Positions 24,002 to 32,446 of a stretch of 32,446 nucleotides of DNA are shown here, piece by piece. The notes under the pieces were generated by a model that was given only the letters and a program-made list of their open reading frames with translations, had not been told where the DNA came from and did no database searches. Every line of letters starts with the position of its first letter. Within the stretch, counting starts at the first letter, position 1. The position numbers were made by a program, and so were the translations under genes. Source of the DNA: Bigelowiella natans CCMP2755. Taxonomy: Eukaryota; Protista; Cercozoa. The stretch spans positions 1 through 32,446 of the forward strand of contig ADNK01002759.1 in assembly GCA_000320545.1 (NCBI GenBank), read 5' to 3'.

Positions 24002-24887
24002 GAGGAGGAGGAGGAGGAGGAGGAGGGGGAGGAGGAGTAGTAGAGATAAAGAAGCAAAAGAGTTCTGACATTATTTCACGTCACAACAAGGCCTCTAGAG
24101 TTTGCCTTCGAGGCCGCGCAGCTGAGGAAGAAAAAGGTCGTTACCTACAACAACAACAACAACAATAACAACAGCCATAATGATGATAATAGTAATACAC
24201 AACATCATATAGAGTGCACAAGATAGGTTTCGTTGATGCGAGCACTGATCTCATCCCTCCTCCTCTCCACCTACTCCTCCTCGGCTAATTCGTGTGTTGG
24301 TTATTTTATTCACTCCACTCTCTCTCTGCTTTCGGAAAGGTTACTGTTGTCGACAAGGCCAACGTCTTGGATACTAGTAGGCTGTGGAGAAGAGGTGATA
24401 TCAATAGCGATATAGTAAGTATCATTATTCCGTTTTCAATTATTTCAATCGAAGATGATTTAGCAGCATGCACCGTCGTAGTAATGAACGACTTGCCCGC
24501 GCGTGGTGTGAAGCAAAAAACAGAAGGCTTATTATATCATCGTTTGTTTTTGTTCTTGTACCGTCAGTCGCCGAGGAGATGAAAGAGGCATATCCCGACG
24601 TTGAGCTAGAGTACATGTACATCGACAACGCGGTGAGCAATATATTCTCTTTATCTCGCTGAGACCAAGCAATATATTCTCTTTATCTCGCTGAGACCAA
24701 GCAATATATTCTCTTTATCTCGCTGAGACCATCAGCGTGTGAGAAGAATCGTCCCCCACCAATAGTGTCTGATCGTGTCTCCTTTGACCTTAACGCTGTA
24801 ACAATAAATATATGCATTAAAAAAAGCCGCAAACAACACACACCGAAGAACACACAATGCAGCAAACAGCATCAGTCCAAATATTGC

Positions 24888-24924
<37 letters not shown>

Positions 24925-25006
24925 GTATTATGTCACAGGTAATGCAAATAATCAAGAATCCAGCCTATTTTGATGTCGTGGCGACTGAAAACATGTACAG
25001 ACAGCC

Positions 25007-25039
<33 letters not shown>

Positions 25040-25092
25040 CCGCCGTAGTGCCATTATGAAGCCCTCTCTCACGATCTTTCTGTGTTTCTCTA

Positions 25093-25139
<47 letters not shown>

Positions 25140-25178
25140 ATACCAACACACGCACAAACACACACACACAGAGAGAGA

Positions 25179-25209
<31 letters not shown>

Positions 25210-25283
25210 GCGCATACACACACGTATATCGAGCTGCTACCAGCTACCTTGGGACCCTAAACACGATCCTACAGCACCAGAGA

Positions 25284-25315
<32 letters not shown>

Positions 25316-25613
25316 AGTTCTTCTTCTTTTTCGAGGTGTTGATTGATATGTTCTTATCGTCGCTAGCCTCTACTACTGCTACTACTACTAATATACTGTT
25401 TCTACCACTTCTTCTACTATTACATATCAGGTTTGGGGATATTCTATCTGATGCAGCATCAGTGCGTGCACTAACAACTCACCAAAATGCAAAACAAAAA
25501 AAAGAGTGAAGGAGTAGGAAGAAGATAGCCTATTTAACTTGCTCCTAACCAAACAATTTGAACGTTCATCTACAATATTACTATGTACACAATACACACA
25601 CACGCACACATAC

Positions 25614-25649
<36 letters not shown>

Positions 25650-26289
25650 GTAATATTGTAACCCTGCGAAGGACCACAATTATATTCTTGAATTCCACGC
25701 AGCATCATCACCTTATGCTCCGATTGCGTAATTAATTGTTTTCTCATTGATACGCCGGTTACTTAACTTACGAGCTATGTGTATTAATGCACCGCCAGGT
25801 ATTGCCAGGGTCCCTTGGATTGATGCCGAGCGCTTCTCTGGTGTTTCCTTAGAAAAAGAGAAGAAGAAGAAGAAGAAAAAGAAGAAGAAGAAAAAATCTA
25901 CGGGTGCAACTACACCTAAGGGTTTCAAGAAATTGAACGTTATCCTTCCTCATAATGGGTTCTTAGTTCCATGCAAGTGACATATGTTCCCAAGTTGATG
26001 CTCCTGTTTAGTGACTACCTTCACGTGTTCTCAACCGCATCATTTGGTGATGATGGTACAATGAACCGTGAGTACTACAACGCTTAACGTCGTTGCACTG
26101 TTGGCTTTAGGGTGGCAAGGGGATTTCCATGTACGAGCCTATTGGGGGCTCTGCGCCAGAGCTTGCAGGTGCTACACAACTGCTTTTCATCGCATCCGAC
26201 CGTCCTGTATATGCTGTGGTTTGATCGAGTTCCTTCAATCAGCATATGCTTTCTTGGAATATGCGCCCAATGCATGATTGTTGTGTGTG

Positions 26290-26324
<35 letters not shown>

Positions 26325-26471
26325 CTTTGTATTCCAGGACTGGATGTTGCAAACCCAATCGCACAGATTCTCTCGGTTGCCCTGATGCTGAGGTACTAGC
26401 AGCAGTTGTAGTAAGAAGAAGAAGAAAAAGAAGAGGGGGTAGAAAAGAGTAAATGGATCAAGATAACATAT

Positions 26472-26511
<40 letters not shown>

Positions 26512-27143
26512 ATATACACACATATGCATATAAAATATTTATATAAATATGTGCATAATACTTTACCGCTACAATAGAATTGATGGTAAATGATGATTGG
26601 GTAGGTACTCTTTCTCCCTCGAAAAGGAAGCTGTGATGATTGAGAACGCTGTCAACCAAGGTAGCAGCAAGAATATGCTGCTGTTGTTGTTCTTGTCGTA
26701 GTGGTGGTAGTGGTGGTTTCTATGTTATGTTGTAGCGGCTAGTAATTAGCAATAGTAGTAGTAGTAGTAGTAGTAGTAGTATAGTAAAAGCAGAAGTCGC
26801 AGGAGAATATGAAACATTGAGAGAGTCAGAACATCCTTCCGCCTTTTCTTCTCAAACGCATCATTCCTAGAATACATGCAGCATTCACGGAAAATATGCA
26901 ATGGTGTCCTCAACCTTGCGGTGGTGGTGGTGGTGGTGGTCTTAAGGGTTAGAGCCTAAAGGCGCAATCAATTATATATTCGCGCATTTTGTTGCTATTC
27001 TCGACGCTGCTATCTTCTTCTATCTTTTCTCCTAGCGTCCTACTCTATCTGAACGTGTATGTATTGTGTGATAAGTGCTGGCTGAAGGAAAGCGGACGGG
27101 TGATATTGCTGTTGGACAAGATGCTGTTATTGGCACCAAGGTT

Positions 27144-27174
<31 letters not shown>

Positions 27175-27401
27175 CCATATGGTAGCCATATAGTAGCCAC
27201 ATATGATCATTATTGGATAACATGGAGAGGCGGGGGGGGGGGGAGGGAGAGCGAGAGAGAGAGAGAGAGCGAAGCACGAGCACTGCTAGTAGCATGATGA
27301 TTGTGTTTTAAGCGCCTTTCATTATCGAACACATGATGAAGCCTGAAGTTTTAATACATAAATAGGCCATGGGAGATGCAATCGCCGAGAAAATCTACTA
27401 A
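21603..27401 (+). CDS. leuB: 3-isopropylmalate dehydrogenase with N-terminal mitochondrial-type presequence, 21 exons
   Basis: All 20 GT-AG introns join into one open frame: [10 protein letters not shown]|[21 protein letters not shown]|DGMGPDV...[12 protein letters not shown]...[11 protein letters not shown]...NLRPA...VVREL|VGGVYFG...VDKANVL...YIDNA...TENM|FGDILSD...[12 protein letters not shown]...YEPIGGSAP...[15 protein letters not shown]|YS...RTGDI...GTK|[11 protein letters not shown]. The catalytic and substrate Arg, Tyr, Lys and Asp residues are present. Confidence 0.95.
22457..27270. repeat. Cluster of intronic microsatellites in leuB: (ATC)n, (GAT)n, (CCT)n(TCT)n, (GGA)n(GTA)n, (TA)n, (CT)n, (GA)n, (GAA)n, (TG)n, (CA)n
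   Basis: For example 22457-22488, 22912-22952, 23410-23493, 23955-24043, 24895-24922, 25087-25209, 25859-25892, 26283-26322 and 26476-26509. Confidence 0.9.
24636..24731 (+). repeat. Perfect 32-bp tandem repeat x3 in leuB intron 13
   Basis: AGCAATATATTCTCTTTATCTCGCTGAGACCA at 24636, 24668 and 24700; no spacers. Confidence 0.95.
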
Positions 27402-27940
27402 AAACAGTTATTTTGCCATTCATTGGCAATGAAAGCAGCTTAAATATAAAGATTCTCAGATGATGCAAACAAGCCGGCAATATTTAGAGCACAGACAACG
27501 CTATAACGTGGATAACGGAAGCATATCACACGAAAGAGGCCGTGCAACAGGAAAGCCCCATGTGAGTACACAGAGGAATACGAATCTACATCCACGTGTA
27601 GCAGTATGCATGTGTACGTCTAGCGTGTTTATGACATCATGTTTAAAGGAACATATCCAACTCACAAAGCATGCCAATGCTATGGAATGCCTGGAAGTGC
27701 GCATGTCGCTAATGATGGATGCATGTTAGCTAGCGCAAACACTGTGCTAGACTAGACTAGTAGAGCATGCCAAGATGCACTTGATCGCGACTAAATCTTC
27801 ATCTAAATCTTTTGCTAGCTTGGTGCATGCGCGTGGCAGTCAGCAGTGTGGTCGGTCATGACCACCAAGCGTGTGCTTGCATTTGTGATGTAGTTTAGTT
27901 TTGGTAGCAGTGTGTCAGATGCATGCTGGGGGGACAAAAC

Positions 27941-28123
27941 AAGTTAGCAAGTTTGGCATTTTGGCCCCGCTTGGGCCAGTGCGAAAGTAGTTAGTTAGTT
28001 TTGGTATTTTGGCCCCGCTTGGGCCATGATAGACATGCAATACGTGCAACACACAAGGCAGTCCATGAAATTTCAAGGTATACTTATGATAGACATGCAA
28101 TACACAATATATGTAATATATAT
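27941..28123 (+). repeat. Local direct duplications: TTTTGGCCCCGCTTGGGCCA x2 (27959, 28007) and ATGATAGACATGCAATAC x2 (28026, 28086)
   Basis: Exact 20-bp and 18-bp matches seen directly; the first unit contains the hairpin TGGCCC-CGCTT-GGGCCA. Confidence 0.85.
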
Positions 28124-28790
28124 AGTGTATTGCTGTGTCTATTATGGCCAGTGCGACATGGAAAAAGTTGGGTTGCAAAAGGGAACTTTTGCAGCACAAG
28201 TCAGCGAAATGATGATATTGGGAAAAAAATGTTGTTTTTTCAATCTAAAAATAGCGTGATGTGATGTGTTCAACTGAGCTAGTTGAAGCAAAGTGAAACG
28301 CACGCGCAAAAGTCAAAAGACCCGCGTGCGAGCGGCAATGTCCTCTTGGGAGCTTGTCTTGGCATGCATGCTTAAGCTCACAATGTGTTTTCATCATTAG
28401 GGTTTTAGTGTTTTGTTTTCAACAAGCATTGATTGCATTGACGTGCAACAACAAGCATCAGCTAGCAGCGCGTCTGTTGGCTAATTACAAGCAGTACTTT
28501 AACAACGTGTGCTTCACATGCTGTGAGGGTTGCCATGAATTTGAGCGCCAAGGTCTACGCCATGGTGCGACAACTAGGGGACTACGCGTGAGACCGACGA
28601 TGAACGGATGAGCGAATGACTACATAGCATTTCCCCCGCATTTTTTTTAAGATGGCACATTGCACATGTTGGCTTTGCACGCACATCCCATCATTTTTTT
28701 GGTTGCATCCTTGCAATAGAGCTTACAGTCGAGACTAAGTAATTGCATAGAATAATGTTACGTTACATGTTGCTAAGCAAGGTCCGCACA

Positions 28791-29524
28791 TCATGCATCG
28801 GTTTTCCCCTCACATTCACCCGCATCACCCGTAGCTGCAAGGTGGGTTGCAAGATAATCGGCGGTATCTTGAGCAAACTTCGCATTTTCCGTTTCATAAC
28901 GCATTTTCCCTCCAGAAAGGGCTCGGATGGCCCTACCGTTCAGAGTTTGAATCTTGTCAAAAGTGATGGTGACAGTTTTCCCTTCCCGAACTCCAACTAT
29001 ACGGTAGTAGCCATCAACAATATTTTCTAATTCTGCAGATATGCACACCTTTGGAAAATACAAAGGAATTACCTCATTGATTTTTTGGATCACTACGTGA
29101 TGAGGAATTATTATTGTGCAAGTCAAAGTCGCTGGTTGGAACTACCAGGAAGTAATCGTTCGGTTTATGTTCGAGGACTGAAACCTATCATTTCGCAAAG
29201 ATGATGGACACGATGTGGTGAAGATGATGCAGGGGATGATGACATGTTGCGATGTTGATTGTTGAGAAAATGAGGGAGAATTGCTGTGTGCTGTGTATTG
29301 GCGAGAATAAGAGTAAAAACAAATGAATAAGGGTTCGATGATACCCTTTCCAACGAGGTCCAGATGTAACCATCAATCGGTACCGCAAAGGCTAGTTGCA
29401 TGTCAAGTTCGATCTCGCTTTTGCCTTCGGGAAAGTAAACTTTGCTACTGCAGAATATCTCCATGAGCCTGACTCTTTTGACAAATCTTTCGAATCCAAT
29501 TTTTGCAGATTTTTCATCTGACAT
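28791..29524 (-). CDS. Hypothetical protein (about 3 exons)
   Basis: MSDEKSAKIGFERFVKRVRLMEIFC...IWTSLER|VSVLEHKPNDYFLVVPTSDF...|LENIVDGYYRIVGVREGKTVTITFDKIQTLNG...DA*. Protein-like composition and plausible GT-AG joins; no family recognised. Confidence 0.5.
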
Positions 29525-30289
29525 GCCTATGATCGTTTTACCTTTACGATTATCACATTCAGTGGCACGATTTTACTGAAATCCCCCCATTTCTCTCAAC
29601 ATGTGAGAAGATAACAAGCAACTAAGCTCAAATTGAAGAGTCGGAGCGCATTGATAACGAATAGCAGCTTATCGGACCAAAAATTCAACATCCAAACATA
29701 TTTATTGTGTTGAAGCAATACCTCTGAAGACCTTTTCATCCCATCCTACTTGGCCCTTAAAAGGGTCTTTTGGCCATGATGTGGACACCTGAAAGCAGTG
29801 CGCACCAAAAAGTCAGAAGGCCCTAGCGCAATGCTGAAGCACCGATCTTCTTTTTAAGGAGGCACACGCGCGGCCAACCTGCACTCCTGTTGGAGCAATG
29901 CAGCATTGGACACAACACACTGCAGCTTGCCCCATTTTTCTCCCGTCGTTCTGCGAAGTGTTGCTCAACAAACAGTGCTCCAGTTAGGTCATTTTCGGAA
30001 TGCGACTGGAAGATGTTGTTTAATTTGCTCGTAAAAGGACGCCTTTCGTTGTTTGCAATTAATTAGTGGGGGTGTCGTCTCATTTTCGTGCTAAATTGCT
30101 TGTGATTCGAGCACCAACAGAGCCAATACTTGGGTGACGTAATTCCATTTTTTTTCATTTTCTTCTCATAATTACTTGTCACAGTTTAAAAACAGCCATG
30201 TTTTTACCTATTTTTAGTTTCATTATCTTTGTACGCCAAACAGGCGCAGCGACAAAGAAATTGGGCAGGTAACTAAAGATATTTATTCA

Positions 30290-31543
30290 GATCAGACTCC
30301 GGATATCATGCTCCCCCTCTTTTGAGGAGAAGGAAACAAGGAAGAATAAGAAGCGGGAGAAGGGAGCTGTTTTGCTAACAACCTCATACGCTTCATTTCT
30401 TCCCCAAAGGGGGGGTAAAAGCGGCATGCGTGTCATTTCTTCATGGAGAGCAGACTCTGATCAGAACTTGAAGGAGGCTTTGATGGCCCCTGGGACCCTG
30501 TGGAATGAAGACGATGATGTCCGAAAAAGACAGAGTGAACTCATCTAGCCATGTGCTCAAACCATCGTTGTTTTATTCTGATCTACAAACATCTTTGCAA
30601 TATTCTTCAATATCTAACAGATTGGGTCTAAAAATGAGGTGACGTTAGAACGGACAAGGGAGAACACGATTAAGAAGATGTCCGTATTTGGATCAGTGAA
30701 ATTGGAAGATGTGCTCAGCAATCGTCTAGACGAGCCATTGGATAGACGAAGTTTCGGAAAGTTCTGCAAGACACTATACTGCGAAGTAATGAGAATCTTA
30801 GGGAGATACGTAAATCTTACCGGAAACAAACCATTCTTATTCATACCCTCTCAGCCCCCTCTGTTGCGATGTTAAATTTGTCGTTGATTATTCTTTCCAT
30901 ATTTAGGATCAGCTCGAGTTCGTATTAACCATAATGCTGTTTAAAGAAACAAGGCCCACAGGAATTCTATACCGCGAAACTGTCACCTCTATCGAGACCA
31001 GTACATAAAGCTGGAAGCTCGCGTGAGGCCAATATCAGTTCTTCCCTTTAGGTTATAAATGCAGCAAAACCATCATCATTATCCTCATGATCCTCCTCAT
31101 CATCATCACTAGCAGCAGCAGCAGTAGTAGCAGCAGCAGTGGCATGGCAGTCAGTAGTTAGTAGCATTAACATTGCAGAGTTGTAGTGCTATTAATTTAG
31201 ACATTGCCCAGTATTTAAATGATGGTTGTTGTGTGTGTACATCAGGAGACGACAGCTTGAGGATATAAAGCGCGCTCTTGAGGAAGGGAAGGACGATACA
31301 GATGTATTCGATGACACTTACAAAGAAATCTTCAATTTGCTTAAATGGAACGTCTTTCACAAGTAAGCAATATTTGCACACCTTTTTTTTTTCAGAGCTG
31401 CTACGAGATTGGGGCAACTTCCATCTCTGTCACAAGTCCCTTTTCTTCTAACCCATACTACTCTATTTTGTTACGATATTCATTGGCAGCTCACCATCAT
31501 TGCTACCATTAAAAATTATAGAAACACAACTATTATACGATAC

Positions 31544-31583
<40 letters not shown>

Positions 31584-31658
31584 ATATGCACATGGGCATG
31601 ACCTCGATCTCCAATATAACACATGGGAAATCCACATCTCATCTATTCTCTCTCCCCC

Positions 31659-31709
<51 letters not shown>

Positions 31710-32446
31710 TCAGATTTGAGCAGCAGACGGTATTGTACAAGTGCGTGGTTGACGCTCGCAGCGCAATGCTGTGGTGCTGCAATCGGAAGCAAACGCCAAA
31801 TTGCACTAAGTTTTTCTCAGTTCCAGAGCCCACGAATGTTGTTCACTACAGGTTGTTGAGAGAGGCAAAAGAAGAAGAAGAAGAAGAAGAAGAAGAAGAA
31901 GAAGAAGAAACGTCGAAACAGGGGAGAGTAAGATCATGGTGATGACGATGATGATGATGATGAGGCTATATAATGTCTAACTAAAGGATTATCAGCAGTA
32001 GCGCCTTTCTCTCATCGTGACCTATCCAATCTTGCTTCTTCCTCCTCCTCCTCCTCCTCCTCCTCCTCCTCCTCCTTTGGTAGACTTTATCGTTTGGTTG
32101 CAAGCATCCTTGGATCCATAGCTCTCGTACTGTACTACATGGATAAAATGCACCGTATGGCTTATTTCTGCCTGTTTGCTAACTTCCTCGGGCTTCTGCT
32201 GCGGAGTATTTGCGGGTAAATAGAGGACTGAACGTGCGTATGTTGTTGCAGCAGCAGAAGTGTTCGCGTGATTTGCGATCGATCCCACAACAACGGGATT
32301 GCAGGAGCTAATGAGTGCTGATGTTATACACGTATCTTTTAGCTACCACTCATACTTTTAACACACACTGCCAGGCCTCGTTTTGGACCCCCTTCTCAGT
32401 GCTAGTGAATTCTCGTCCTTGAGCCTATTGTTCGCACCTTTCAACA
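30290..32446 (+). CDS. RGS-domain protein with C-terminal transmembrane (DUF4395-like) region; partial, several apparent indels
   Basis: Exons encode KLEDVLSNRLDEPLDRRSFGKFCKTLYCE|DQLEFVLTIMLFK...(RDQYI)(KAGSSREANISS)...|RRQLEDIKRAL...DVFDDTYKEIFNLLKWNVFHK|F (an RGS box), then FFSVPEPTNVVHYR|LYRLVASILGSIALVLYY...FLGLLLRSICG|PRF. Frameshifts near 30993, 31007, 31046 and 32385. The 5' end is uncertain and the gene runs off the window. Confidence 0.65.
31065..32076. repeat. Intronic microsatellites in the RGS gene: (CAT), (GCA), (TG), (CT), (GAA), (GAT), (CCT)
   Basis: For example 31553-31580, 31663-31701, 31871-31909 and 32039-32076. Confidence 0.85.

Noticed and set aside
24636-24731. 32-bp repeats as a CRISPR array
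   Set aside because: No spacers, eukaryotic intron, no cas genes.
23279-25346. Many ORFs with poly-S/L/E/K or HT/ER/CV repeats
   Set aside because: Translations of intronic microsatellites.
27959-27990. GC hairpin as a Helitron 3' end
   Set aside because: No CTRR terminus at the expected distance and no Rep/helicase coding sequence.
29070-29085. In-frame TGA just before a GTAATT donor on the - strand as recoding or selenocysteine
   Set aside because: An upstream phase-1 donor (C|GTAGTG) avoids the stop; other genes here use TGA as a normal stop.

Overview
Eukaryotic protist genomic DNA, gene-dense and very intron-rich, with microsatellite-filled introns; a chlorarachniophyte/rhizarian-like source is my guess, not established. 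I spliced the genes by hand and found nine protein-coding loci, strictly alternating in strand after the first. In order: a Mediator Med9-like gene with an N-terminal DEK-C-like domain (-), a Cys-cluster/coiled-coil hypothetical (-), a large VPS9-domain Rab5-GEF gene (+), a nucleolin/NSR1-like 2xRRM gene (-), an intronless CCDC124/Lso2 homologue with an inserted helical domain (+), a CFAP97/hemingway-like gene (-), a 21-exon leuB with a mitochondrial-type presequence (+), a small hypothetical (-), and an RGS + membrane-domain gene running off the end (+). The most striking unexplained signal is a set of sharply bounded, mostly intergenic patches where TpA is nearly erased, TpG/CpA is abundant, CpG is kept and CTAG is spared. 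Paired repeat copies differ precisely at TA/CA/TG positions, suggesting a RIP-like but adenine-directed (TA>TG/CA) hypermutation process. No RNA genes, CRISPR arrays or intact transposases were seen. All family calls are from motif recognition, not database searches.
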